A stretch of DNA of 64,000 nt from Isurus oxyrinchus (GCA_026770705.1 JANJGN010000026.1:38812001-38876000), one strand, 5' to 3'. Positions 1 through 11,829 are shown, counted from the first letter of the stretch. Notes: generated by a model from the sequence alone, not told the origin. Translations and numbers: made by a program.

Positions 1-132
1 TCAAAATGCTGCAACTGCTGGAAATCTGAAATAAAGACAGAAAATGCTGGACAAACTCAGCAGGTTGGACAGCATCTGCGGAGAGAGAAACAGAGTTAAA
101 TGTTTCGAGTTCATATGACTCTTCTTCAGAAA
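1..132 (-). mobile_element. Penelope-like element terminal repeat fragment
   Basis: Same AAATGCTGGA-AACTCAGCAGG-CAGCATCTG-GAGAGAAACAGAGTTAA-GTTTCGAGT-CATATGACTCTTCTTCAGAA module recurs at about 22540, 24500, 31975, 43480, 44590 and 59390. At 24500 it adjoins a GIY-YIG ORF remnant. Confidence 0.65.
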
Positions 133-404
133 CATAGCCTAGTGTCATAGTTACAATGACCACTATAATGTAGACATAGTCAAGATTTAATATAACATAA
201 ACAGAGACAGGGCCTAGTGTAATATAAACAGAGAAAGAATCCAGTGCAATACAAACTGAGATGGATTCCAGTGGAACATTAATGAGATAGGGTCTATTTT
301 AAGACAAACGGAGGCCTGATCCAGCACAATAGAAATAAAGTAGCCCCCAGGGAATTAATAATCAAACCAGGATCCTGTATAACATGGGAGGGACAATCAT
401 GCAG

Positions 405-910
405 TGGGAACGTCATTGGATCAGTAATCCAGAGATCCAGGCCTTTTCCCTGGGGATAGGGGTTTGAATCCCTTTATGGTAGCATGTGGAATCCAAATTC
501 AATTAATAAATCTGGAATTGAAAGCTCATCTCAATAATGGTGACCATGAAACGATATTCGATTATATGAAACATCCACCTGGTTCACCGATGTCCTTTAG
601 GGCAGGAAATCTGCCGTCCTTACCCAGTCTGGACTACATTTTTTTTGTTCGTTCATGAGAATGGGGGCGGCGCTGGCTAGGCCAGCATTTATTGCCCATC
701 CTTAATTGCCTCCTTGAGAACAGTGCGGCTTGTTAGGCTGGGTTTTTACGACAATATTTTCATGGTCATCATTAGATTTTTCCATTCAAATTTCACCATC
801 TGCCGTGGTGGGATTCAAACCCAGACCCCCAGCGATTTACTAGCCCAGTGAGAATACCAGCACATCACCACCTCCCATACATATAACTCCAGACCCACAG
901 CTTTGTGGAG
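405..910 (+). mobile_element. Shark SINE, interrupted by an inverted SINE
   Basis: GGAAATCTGCCGTCCTTACCCAGTCTGG core shared with copies at about 4275, 51560 and 56100. The sequence resumes after 876 with ACTCCAGACCCACAGC. Confidence 0.7.
639..876 (-). mobile_element. Inverted SINE nested in SINE
   Basis: Begins with a T-run then GCCAGCATTTATTGCCCATCCTTAATTGCC, the reverse complement of the SINE 3' tail. Confidence 0.65.
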
Positions 911-1699
911 CCCCATTCTCCAGTTACTTGTTTACTTGTCTACCACCATTTACGACTGGATGTGACAGGACTGCAGAGGTAAATCCGATCGGTTTGAATT
1001 GGGAACTTCCAGACTGTGTGATATAAATATTGGTATTGACTGGTGCAGTATTATTTGAAACAGGGTACATTGAAATATAAAGAGAGACAATGTTTGGTCT
1101 AACATAAAAATGGATGGAGTCCAATTGAAAAAGACAGAGACAGGGTCCAGTGCAGTATTATCTGAGACAATGCCTGTTTCATAGAATGTGTCCATCAAGA
1201 TTCCATCTCCATCCGCTAGCCAAACGTTGCAATTGCAGCTACTGTGAAAATGTCGCTGTCAGGTTAGGTCTTTGACATTATTGTATCAAGAATCCACTTC
1301 CCCAGGTGTCACACCACATCGCCTTCTGCAGGAGGTGCCAAAATTTAACAAAATTCAACTAATTGCAGATGAACATGGTTGATTAGCGCACATTAAAGTC
1401 AGCACCAGAGTAAAGCGGCCCAATTCCTGGTGATGGATCTTTGTTCATCTTGATTAAAGGGAGGGATGTTGACCAGGGAGCTGTATAGAGACGGCGGGTG
1501 CTTTAATATCCACCTCAACAAACATAGTGTTGGGAAGAGTTTATAGGTTCATGATACCACCTGATAGACAGTTAGGGTCATTTTCTTCAATGGTTAAGTC
1601 TTATGGAGCCTCCCAGGAAGTCAAGGTGGCATCTTAAGTTGGTCTGTGTGTGTGAGGGAGATTGGGAGGAAGAGAAAGAGTGAGAAGCACATCACATTG

Positions 1700-3010
1700 T
1701 TTGCAACTGAAATTCACGGTAATCCTGGACAACCTTCCATCTATGAAAGGTCACAGACACACAATGGAAACAAACCCATTTCAGATGTGCTGATTGCTAA
1801 GGAGGCCAATTGTTGTGAGGCAGGCTCTGCCATAAGTGCTGCACATGAAGCTGCAAAGTGTCGTTGTGGCTTGTTTTTTTTTCTCGGTGTTGGCCTGGAG
1901 TGCCAAGCCGCTTTAGCCGCTGGTCATCGTGGTGATTCACGTCAACCCACAGGAGGTGTCGCCATTTTCCTCAGCTGTCAGTTAGTTTCACTCCTTTGTG
2001 ATAATCGATATTTAGGGCCTTCACTTCAAGCAGCCTTGAAGCAGAGTTTTGGGCGTCCCACTGGTTGCCTGCCTCCAGCTCCCTCACCAAACAGAAAGTC
2101 CTTGTGTCTGTGACCATCTTCCATCTGCGAACGTTCCCAAGCCACAAAAATCACTTCTGTTTGATGAGTTCTTCAGTCTTGGGAGCTCTGCCTTTGAGAG
2201 TATCATTGCATTCGTGACTTTATCCAGCCAGTACATACCCATGATGTGCAGCAGGAATTGAAGATGGAAATTGTGGAGCTTCTTTATGAGATAGCTGTAA
2301 GTCGCCCATGTTTCACAGCCATTCAACAAGGTGCTGAGAACATAGGCCTTATAAACCATCAGCTTGGTCCTAAGGGTCAGATTTAATGCTATTACATGGG
2401 CGTTTCATGAGTCAGGCAAAGGTGGCAGCTGCGGGTATCAAGTTCTTCATCAAGGAACAGGCTGCCTGTCACTGTGGAATCCAGGGAGCGGAATTTACTT
2501 CCATCCGGGTGTTATTTAGTGTGATCAATGATGGAAGTGCAACACCTTTTCCCATGACCACGGTTTTCTCCATGTTTATAGTCAGGGAGAACAACTTATA
2601 GGCATGGGAGAGTCAGTTCATCATTCTTTGTGGATGAGTTTCCGTTTTGTTGACAGAGTTATCAGTGTGGAGGAATTCTCTGATCAGAATTCAATGTGTT
2701 TATGTCTTCGCTTTCTGTCTTATAGATTGTGGAGCTTGCCGTCTGATCGAGTGTAAGTCGACTCCTTCCATATTTACAAGGAAGACAAAGATCAGCTGCA
2801 TGGAGAAGGTGCCCAACAGAGTGGGGGTTGGACACAAGCCTGCTTCACTCCATTCTTCACTCCGAATCTGTCGGAAGTGGAATCATCAATCTGTACAGTG
2901 CAGTGCATGTTGTCATGGAAGGAGTGGATGAGACTGGGGAGTTTTGGTGAACAGCCAATTTTCCCTAAAATCTTCTACAGTGGTGCTCTGCTGACGGTGT
3001 CGAGCGTATG
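1700..3010 (-). mobile_element. Degraded RTE-clade (BovB-like) LINE, RT C-terminal part
   Basis: ORF 2084-2359 (-) VYKAYVLSTLLNGCETW...ILSKAELP is typical of the RTE RT C-terminus. Frameshifts and stops surround it. Confidence 0.7.
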
Positions 3011-3264
3011 GAGCAAATCTTGTCCAGTGTATATCTTCTGAAACAAACATCACACTCTGCTTCAGCCTGCAATCAAATGAAGTATTTAAAGCATGACCCG
3101 AGCAACGGCCTTCTCAGTGACTCTGTGAGTGAGATATCTCTGTAATTGTTGCAGGCTAACTTGTCAGCTTTGTTTTCAGATAGTGTGGTGATTTTTGCAT
3201 CATTAACCTCCTGTGGAAGGGATCTTATCTTTCAGCAGAGGAGAAGAAGGTCGTAAAGGCTGAG

Positions 3265-3520
3265 AAAGATAAATAATTATCAACACCAACCATTATCAAT
3301 TCACTAAGGTAAATAATTATATTCAATAATTATCATCAATTCACAAAGATAAATAAGTATATTCACTCAGTGGCATCAATTCGCAAAGATAAATAGTGAT
3401 ATTCACCAACTATCAACAATTCACAAAGATAATAAATTATATTCACCAATTCCCATCAATTCACAAGACAAATAATTATATTCAGAAATTATCACCCATT
3501 CACAAAGATTAACAATTGCA
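3265..3520. repeat. AT-rich minisatellite, 40-bp period, about 6 copies
   Basis: AAAGATAAATAATTATATTCAC..ATCAATTCAC units recur at 3271, 3311, 3351, 3391 and 3431. Confidence 0.85.
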
Positions 3521-4274
3521 TGAACCAATCATTTTCAGCATTTTATTCCATACAAAATGTAATTGCGATTCATTTCATTTCATTAACATTGATTGAGATC
3601 ACATTGACCATTCTGTCAGTAAGGAATCACATCTGTCCCAAAATTCAGTGGGAAATGGAATTAAATCAGACGGAGGATAATGAGCAGCTACCCAGCAGCC
3701 TCTGCGCTTTATTGACAGGTAATCACCTCATCATCGCACAGAAACTCCTGATATATAACTGGAGTGTGTGAGGATTTGTAAAGTGGTGGTATAAATAAAA
3801 CTACCTGGACCTGACTGTAAGTTAATGTGGCTCTCCAGTGAGTAATATATGTTACCTTCACTAATTTGGGTGAGGATATGTTGAATGTTTTGCTGCACAT
3901 GCAAGGACCACATATTTCAAATATTACAATCCTCCATCGAAATCGAATTATGTACCCTCTGAAAGATGATGATTCACCATCAGCAGGGAAGAATCATCGG
4001 TACCGCAGGGACATTTTCAGTCTTCTCTTGTGACGTTCAGCTCGTTAGCCTGGGGATGGAATACATCCAGAAAATCTGGAGGGACTGAAGGTATTAGACT
4101 TACACAACTGAAATACTGAACCTGCTTCAAGATATAAAGTCGTCATGCACCAAGATGGGAAGGTAGCACAGAGTTTTTCATGTGCACCGATTGATACATC
4201 GGTCAACCCATTCATTGATTCCTTAATCAAAGTATTCAGGCATCCAACTACCATTCATCCCTCCATTATTTGGC

Positions 4275-4650
4275 AGACGGTTGTGTTGTATTAATGTCAC
4301 TGGATAAGTTACAAAGACACGAATTCAAATCCCACCATGGCAGCTAGTGGAATTTAAATTCAATAATACATCTGGGATTGAAAGCTGGTCCAGTGAAGGA
4401 AGCCATGAAACTACCATTGATTGCAGAAAAAAACTCAGCTGATTCACTAATGTCCTTCAGGAAAGGAAATCTGCCACTGTACCTAGTCTGGCCTACATGT
4501 GGCTCCAGATCCGCAGCAACATGATGGACTCTCACTGCCCTCTGAAATGGGCGAGCAAGGCACTCAGTTCAAAGGCAATTAGGGACAGGCAACAAATACT
4601 GGCCTTGCCAGTGACTCCCACATCCCGTGAAAGAGCAAAGGGGCAAAAAG
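4275..4650 (+). mobile_element. Shark SINE, near full length
   Basis: Colinear with the copy at 56100-56495. Ends in GGCAATTAGGGA..AAATACTGGCCTTGCCAG..CACATCCC plus an A-rich tail. Confidence 0.75.
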
Positions 4651-6359
4651 ATCACACAAATGTATATGTTTGACTGTGACAAAATGTATCCTCTCTCTGA
4701 GTCCTCTCTGATAATCTGTCTGTAATTCTTTCCATCCATCCATCCATCAGAATATTATGAGGTGTTGGAGAGATCCTCCAATGAGCCATTGATGCCAACA
4801 GGGTGTCAGAGAAGCTGGATAACTTTTCTTCCCTGAGAGATGGAAACAGTTCACATAGGTTCACAACTTAAAAAATAAAACTGACTCCAGTGCTGTTGCT
4901 GGGTAGATTTGTTATAAATAGGTCTTGTTGACAGTGTTAAGGGTTTGAAGTTGGCTTGCAGCCAAGCGGTCAGTACTGAGGAAACAGATCTTTCATTTAC
5001 TGCACAAACCCGCAGATGCTTCTTGTAAACAACATCGGACATTCGAGCCTCCCTGACTGCAGCTGGCTGGGTTGCTTCCAAATACTGTGTGGGGCAGATT
5101 AGCCTGGATATGAATGAACAAAATGGTTTTAGCCATTCAAACAATAAATGTTTCTGTCGCACACGAAAGGCACAGTTTAAATGGTATTTCATCTAAGGAA
5201 ATATTTGAATGAATGCCATGTTCACTGTGAGATTAAACTCGATCAGAAAATATTAAATTCACCACATATTACTTAATTTATATTATTTCTAAGTAAAGGG
5301 CATTCTAGTTATTAAAGCCGGTTCATTAAGAACTTCATGGAGTGTGAGAGAGGGATGTTGATGGTCCCAATCCCCCAGTCTAATGAGCTGAGTAGAATGG
5401 CAAAAAAAAATTGAAAGGAATTAAATTAAAAGAAAATCATAGAATTGTCTTGAACCTGCAGGAATTCCTTGAATATTCTCCCAGTTGTGCACCTCATTTA
5501 GCCTGTGGGGTCCCTTATACCTCATTAGCACCGTAAATTGTATAGTTTATTTTGTGCTGATTTCGATTATTTAACAGTCCCCCTCATAGCTGCCAATGAG
5601 TGGAGAAATGACCAGTTCATGACCCGCTTCAGTGGAAGATAAAACATTTATTCTTGTGATATTGTTTAATATGCCGCTAAGTCCTGATATCCTGTGTTCC
5701 CAATACCAGTGAATGGTAGACAGCGGGAGGCCAATAAAACTAGCTGCAATGATTTGGATGCTGAAGGATAACTTTTCTGATCTCCGTGTCTGTTCTCATT
5801 CATTAACTTCTTTGTCAAAAGTTGATGTAAAATTTACATTTGCCTGTAAACTTACTGTTGAATTATCAGGCAGGCGGGCTTCTTTTAACGCTAATTTTCA
5901 CAGGGCTGTCTTTGGGTCAGGGACAGATCGAGAAATGCAAAGTGAGGCATTGTATAATGTGAGGAGACTCTTCTTATCTTCGGACACAAATTGTACAGCG
6001 ATAGCCACCCTGGCTGTAAATAAAATCACTTTGTTCATCCACTGCATTTAGTTACATAAATCAATAATAATTCCTAAGACTGATGACGCTTAATTATTGT
6101 AGTGAGATATAGACCCTTTATTCCCTGATAATGTAATATTTTGTTTAGGTTCAACCCCTTAGGAAGTAGTGTAGAAATAAACGGACTTAATTTACAATGG
6201 AATTAGATTTTTATTAATAGATACTCAACTGCAATTTCACCATTAGAACCAATGGATACATTACAATGAATCCATTAAGCCAAGTATCCCAATACAGATA
6301 AAATTTCCATTTTTAGCAATAACCTATTGTAAATATCTGAGTCCATTCTGTTGGGGATG

Positions 6360-6450
6360 TGGAAGGTGGGGCGTGGATCCAGTCGCCGCCTCCACCAGGG
6401 AATCAACAGGCGGCGCCTGGGAACCCGCCCCCTTCTGCCGGGTATTTAAA
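6360..6450 (+). promoter_or_regulatory. Putative VH promoter (GC boxes plus TATA-like box)
   Basis: GC-rich patch with GGGGCGTGG (about 6368), CCCGCCCCC (6424) and TATTTAAA (6443-6450), about 90 bp upstream of the leader ATG. No octamer, consistent with what is known of shark IgH promoters. Confidence 0.55.
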
Positions 6451-6541
6451 TGCCGCTCACTGGGGCCGGAATCCAACAGTCCGGGAGTTGGTTTGTTCAC
6501 TGAGTTCTGGACAGAACCATTTTCCCCAAATGACCAGAAGG

Positions 6542-6587
6542 ATGAGGTCGGCGATTTCTCTCAGTTTGTTGCTGACTTTCTTATCCC
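6542..6587 (+). CDS. IGHV: IgH leader exon (MRSAISLSLLLTFLS-R)
   Basis: Hydrophobic signal peptide, phase-1 donor GTGAGT at 6588, and a second in-frame ATG at 6530. Confidence 0.92.
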
Positions 6588-6715
6588 GTGAGTAGTTTTG
6601 ATTGTCCAAGTCTCTCACTGTTATTGTCTCAGTGTTAGTCTCTCACTGGAATGTTACAGAGTCAGAAATCATTTCACCAGGATTAATCCTCGGGGTTTTT
6701 GATATATTTTTACAG

Positions 6716-7020
6716 GTGTCCTGTCGGAGGTTGTGTTGACTCAGCCAGAGGCAGAGACCGGGCGTCCCGGAGGCTCCCTGAGACTGACCTGTAAAACCAG
6801 CGGCTTCGATCTTGGCAGCTACTGCATGTACTGGGTCCGACAGGTTCCCGGACAGGGGCTGGAGTGGCTGCTTTACTACTATAGTTCATTGGACAACATC
6901 TATGCCCCAGCAATTAAGAATCGATTCACTGCGTCCAAAGACACTTCAAGGAATATCTTCTCCTTGGACATGACGAGCCTGAAGACTGAAGACACCGCCA
7001 TCTATTACTGTGCAAAAGAC
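6716..7020 (+). CDS. IGHV: IgM VH gene segment, open reading frame
   Basis: Acceptor TTTTTACAG ends at 6715. Translation [32 protein letters not shown] has the canonical Cys/Trp/YYC. Confidence 0.97.
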
Positions 7021-7059
7021 CACAGCGAGAGGGACCAGGGCTGGACCCGAACAAGAACA
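7021..7059 (+). other. V 3' recombination signal, 23-bp spacer
   Basis: CACAGCG (7021-7027), 23 bp, ACAAGAACA (7051-7059). Confidence 0.9.
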
Positions 7060-7420
7060 GATCGAGAGAAACTTCCATCGTAACCTAACGGTCAGTACTT
7101 GTTTTAAATGTAATATTAACTGTAATGATCAGAACCCGACAACAAGTTGCTTCTGACAAAAGTAAAACAGCAAATTTAACAGTAAAACCTAACAAACCAA
7201 TTGATATAATGGCTGAGCTTTTGGCTGTGCTTACATTTACTGTTAACAGTTTCCACAATTACAGAACTGGATATAATGTTCATTTTAATATGTCTGATAC
7301 TTGGAGGGGATCACTGTTCATTGCGTTTTGTAAATTGCTGCATAAGTACTAAACTAGATCAGAAGTAAACGTCCATTTGAAGTAAGTATTCAGAGGTAGC
7401 ACTGAACAGAGAGTGGGTGC

Positions 7421-7448
7421 AGTTTTTGTGCGGGTGTATTTCACTGTG
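7421..7448 (+). other. D1 5' RSS, 12-bp spacer
   Basis: AGTTTTTGT (7421-7429), 12 bp, CACTGTG (7442-7448). Confidence 0.92.
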
Positions 7449-7465
7449 ATACTACAGCAGTGGGT
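7449..7465 (+). CDS. IGHD: DH1 segment ATACTACAGCAGTGGGT
   Basis: 17 bp between two perfect heptamers. Open in all three frames (ILQQW / YYSSG / TTAVG). Confidence 0.93.
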
Positions 7466-7503
7466 CACAGTGCTGTGCACAGCGACATCCTCACACAAAA
7501 ACC
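7466..7503 (+). other. D1 3' RSS, 22-bp spacer
   Basis: CACAGTG (7466-7472), 22 bp, ACAAAAACC (7495-7503). The 12/22 flanking matches the known elasmobranch D1 pattern. Confidence 0.92.
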
Positions 7504-7813
7504 TCAGAAGGAGTTTGTTCAAATTGGTGATCACGATCACAACAGGAAAAGTCAAAGAAAATGGGAGCTAAATAAAATAATGGGTATAAGTAATACTGGT
7601 TTGTAAAAATATATATAAGTCTTCCGCTTTGTTTGTGTTTACTGACACGCTAAATCTTCAGAGAGGCTTTTAAAGAACTTCAATCACATTTACAAATATA
7701 ATGACCAGCACAAGCTGAAATATCTCATTGGTTTACTCTTAGGCGAGTCAGGATCAGGTTTTTGAGAGCGCAGTGAGATTAAATCTCTGTATTTACAGTT
7801 AACAGTCTGCCGC

Positions 7814-7841
7814 AGTATTTGACATGGTGTGTCTCACTGTG
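7814..7841 (+). other. 12-bp-spacer RSS in front of the D2-J segment
   Basis: AGTATTTGA (7814-7822), 12 bp CATGGTGTGTCT, CACTGTG (7835-7841). The 23-spacer position reads CAGTCTGCC, which is not a nonamer. Confidence 0.8.
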
Positions 7842-7889
7842 ATATGCTGGACTACTGGGGGAAAGGGACCATGGTGACGGTGACTGCCG
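7842..7889 (+). CDS. IGHJ: JH segment, probably germline-joined D2-J (MLDYWGKGTMVTVTA)
   Basis: WGxG motif, phase-1 donor GTAAGA at 7890. Directly follows a 12-RSS at the expected D2 position. Confidence 0.9.
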
Positions 7890-9664
7890 GTAAGAACCAC
7901 ACATTTATTTAGTAACTGTTTTATTTGAGTCTTTGCTTTTTTTGTCTATTTTAATAATTCATTCAGCCAATGAGACCTGGGTTTGGTGGATTCTGTATGC
8001 AGAATTTTTACAATGTTTCATGTGATTCTGCTGAAATTGAGTTATATAATTCCGCTGTGTCTTGATAAAAAGGTGCTGCTGAGGGATTGAGACCCTGGTT
8101 GTTGTGATTTGGTGTTTATCTGCTGAGGATACTCTGTGGCCAGGCTACTTGAAATATCTAACGTTTGTAAAAACAGTTTGACGTTTCTGCAATGTTTAAT
8201 CTCGGTGACATCTAATCGCTGCGGGTTTTACCATCTGTTGCACAAAGGTGTTTTGCCATCTTTTGCACAAATAGGTTTGAAATCAAACCCAATATTAACA
8301 ACATATGCTTAAGTTTCAGTATTAATTTATTGAACATGTTCCGCCTACCCACAATGCTGTTGACATTATTCCATATTTCTGTTTAGTTTAATTATTCCTT
8401 CATTTGGTGACGAGCGGGTTGTCTGGATTCCATATTGAGAGTTTCTTGCAATGATTACATTGGATTCTGTTGGAAATGTTTGTAGAATTGAGCTGCTTCT
8501 CCATGAAACGGGTTTCAGCCCCCCAGTGATGTGATTTGGTGTTTTTCTGCTGAGGAGATTGTGTATCTAGGTGACTTTGAATAAGTAGAATTTATGAAAT
8601 CATTTGGCGGTTCTGCATTGTTTCTGCTTTGTTTAAACTCGGTGATATTGAGCGGTTACACGTTTTGCGATTGAATCGAAGTAGCCTCCGCGTTTGTATC
8701 TGCTTGAAGCGCGATTGTAGGCAGAAAACAAACAGGCTTCAGAAATGGGCAAAAAAACATTTAAAGATGTGTTAGAACATTTTGTCTTTATTTTAAGTGG
8801 TAATTGCAGAATAAACTAAACCATGGATTATGACGCTCATTCTGAACATAATTCGTTACTGCAATCAGAAACTATACAATTCCCAAGTTTTCAAATTGTA
8901 GAGTAAAATTAATGCAATTCAAACAATTATAATGCAGTAATATTTCTCCATATTGACGGAACATTTTTCATATTAATCTAATTGATCATTAATCGCCTTT
9001 CACAATTCTGCTGTCTCTGCGCACAATTAACACGATTGGGAAAGTTTTTAGGATGGAAACATTTTGTGATTATGCATGAAAAAATCTCAGTAAGAATATA
9101 CTGACTCTACAGAATTGTTCAGTTTCAAAAGAGATTTTGAATTACTTTTTTTATGTCCATGATAACATTTGCATTGACTTAAAGAGGAGTTTGATATTGC
9201 AGTTTGGCAATATGGCTATTCGGTTATTACATTCTTTCTGTGAAGCCGTAACCACATTATTCCTTCAATGTCATTGGGAGTTGGCTAGCGAGAGAATTGT
9301 CACTTATCTAATTTTAAACAGTTTAGTGGGGGGGGGGGGGGGGGGGGGGGTGGGGGTTTAATTCGCTGGCAGTAAAATAATTGTTCTTACATTTTTTGAA
9401 CTGCAGGAAGGTGCAGACCGCATATAAATAGAGACTGACAAGTAAAAGCTTGAAACTCGAACAGATTAATTTAATGGCAAATATTAGTATTCGTTTTGAA
9501 CTTAATAACAACATTCTGTCTCCCATAGCTGTGCTGTACACAGGATAGAATTATAGGAGAAGAACAGATTATATCTGAGATTCATGCATAATTCTTATTA
9601 AATATTAAATTGAAGAACAATATTTGCGCCCTCCATTCAGTCAAATCATGGCTGATCTACCTCG

Positions 9665-10530
9665 ACACACTCAGTGTCTTTACCACACACCCTCACTCGC
9701 TCACTCTCACTGTCACACACACTTTCTCTCACATACATGCACACACACTCTCTCACGCAATCTCTCTGACAGACATACACTCTCTCTTTCTCTCTCTGTC
9801 ACACACACACACTCACTTTCTCTCTCACACACACAAACTCCCTTTAACACGCACACACTGTCTCTCACACATTGTCTCTCTTTTTCACACACACTCTCAC
9901 ACAGACACATTCTCTCATACACATACTCTCTCAACTGCGCACACACATACACACTCTCACCCTCACACATGCATGCACTCTTTCTTTCTCACACATGCAC
10001 TCTCACACATGCCATTCTCTCTCACACACACACACGCACACCCACTCTCTCTCACACATACATGCACCCTTTCTCCCACACATATACACTCTCTCAATTC
10101 TCCCCCTCTCTCACACACAGACACATAACACTGTCTCACACACACACATCTTCATTCTCTCTCTCTCACGCACACAGAAACACAAACATATTCCCTTTCT
10201 CACACAGAAACACTTCTTCTCACACACGGACTCTCTCTCATTATCTCTTTCTCTCTCTCTGACCCACACACTGGCCCTCTCCTTCACACACTCTCTCCCA
10301 CACACACACACACACACACACAATCGCTCTCTCTCTCTTCCATATGCTCTCTCTCTCACACACACATTTCTTTATCTCACTCTCACACTTATACTCCCTA
10401 TGACACTCTCCCTCTCTCACATACACTCACAAGCACCCACACACACACTCTCTCCCACCCACACTCTTAGTCTTTTTGTCTCTCTGTCTCTCTCTCTCTC
10501 TTTCTCACGCAGACACACACACCCATTCTC
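9665..10530. repeat. Degenerate (CA)n/(CT)n low-complexity tract
   Basis: Mixed CA/CT dinucleotides. The His/Thr/Leu/Ser ORFs here are artefacts. Confidence 0.9.
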
Positions 10531-11129
10531 AAACACAGAAATGGGCTGAAAATGTTAATTTCAGAAAGAAAACCCGCTAAGCTGCAGGCATGTTTATTGT
10601 TCCATTTCTGATGTCTTTTTGTGTAAAATGAAATTACACAAGTGACATCACTATATATGTGGAGAATTTCCAAGTGTTGAGCCAAACACAAAGAAACAAG
10701 AAAAAGGGAAGGATGTGATGGAGACCACGGCCGCCTGGATCCCCAATACTGGTGCACACTTGGTGCAAGATGCCTGCACGGCCCATCCTGGTTTTGCTGT
10801 AACATTCCCCTCCAGCCCCCTCAGTCTGCCTATTCACGCACTGACACGGGTTTCTCAAAGAAAGGCATCAGCATTAAAGCAGCTGGCCAGCGATCTACAC
10901 TGCTGCCTGACTTTACACAGCCAGTGTTACTGAAAGCTGATCAATATGGAGAATTGGGACAAGTTCGACTGAGAGGAAGAGGAGGGGATGGAGGTGGAGG
11001 TGGAGGTGGAGACGAATGGAGGAGCCCCCAGCTCGGCTGTGGACAACAGGCAACGGAAAGCTGAGCCGGCGCAGAAAATCATCTGGAAAAACATCACCAT
11101 GATGAGCCTGCAGCACCTGGGCACCCTCA

Positions 11130-11720
11130 CTACCCACAATCACTCACCTTCACTCACCATCACTCACACTCACTCAATCACCCTCACTCAGCCACCCTCA
11201 CTCACTCACCCTCACTCACCCTCACTCACACTCACTCAATCATCCTCACTCACCCACCCTCACTCACTCACCATCACTCAATCTCACTCCCTCACCTATT
11301 CTCACTCAGCCTCACCAATTCACCCAGCTTCACCCACCCTCATCCACTCATCATTAATTACTTTAACCTTCACTCACTCACCCTCACTCACTCACCCTCA
11401 CTTACCCTCCCATCCTCACTCACGTACCTTCAGTGACACTCAATAACTCATCCACCCGCACTCACACACCCACTCACCCTCACTCACATACCCACCCTCA
11501 CATACCCACCAACCCTCACTCAGCCACTCGACTACCCTCATTCAATCACCCACGCTCACTCACCCACATTCAGACACCCACCCACGCCCACTCAGCACCC
11601 ACCCTCACTCACGCCTTCACTCACCACCCACCCTCACTCACTCTGCCACCCTACCTTGCTCTGTCACTCAGCCACCCTCACTTTGTTAAACATGCACACG
11701 CTCACTCACTCGATCACTTT
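11130..11720. repeat. C-rich (CACT/CACCCT)n low-complexity tract
   Basis: Repeated CACTCACCCTCACTCA. Confidence 0.85.
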
Positions 11721-11829
11721 CCATAAATCGGTGTATAGGAGGGCGGGAACTGCGGGGAACAGAGACCTGGAAGCGAGGCCTGAGGCCTAGCAGTGCCAGA
11801 AAGTGAAACATGGCTGAAGGGAGCGACGA

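Noticed and set aside
3265-3520. Regularly spaced repeats as a CRISPR-like array
   Set aside because: Vertebrate DNA, whole-unit tandem degeneracy, no unique spacers and no cas genes. The same applies to 58357-59100.
6716-7020. V as an IgNAR, IgW or NAR-TCR domain
   Set aside because: It has a full FR2/CDR2 with WVRQ and GLEW, and is followed by four mu-type C exons with a mu tailpiece.
7757-7795. GGTTTTTGA nonamer-like sequence as an RSS for a hidden D2
   Set aside because: No heptamer at 12- or 23-bp spacing (ATTAAAT, GTATTTA).
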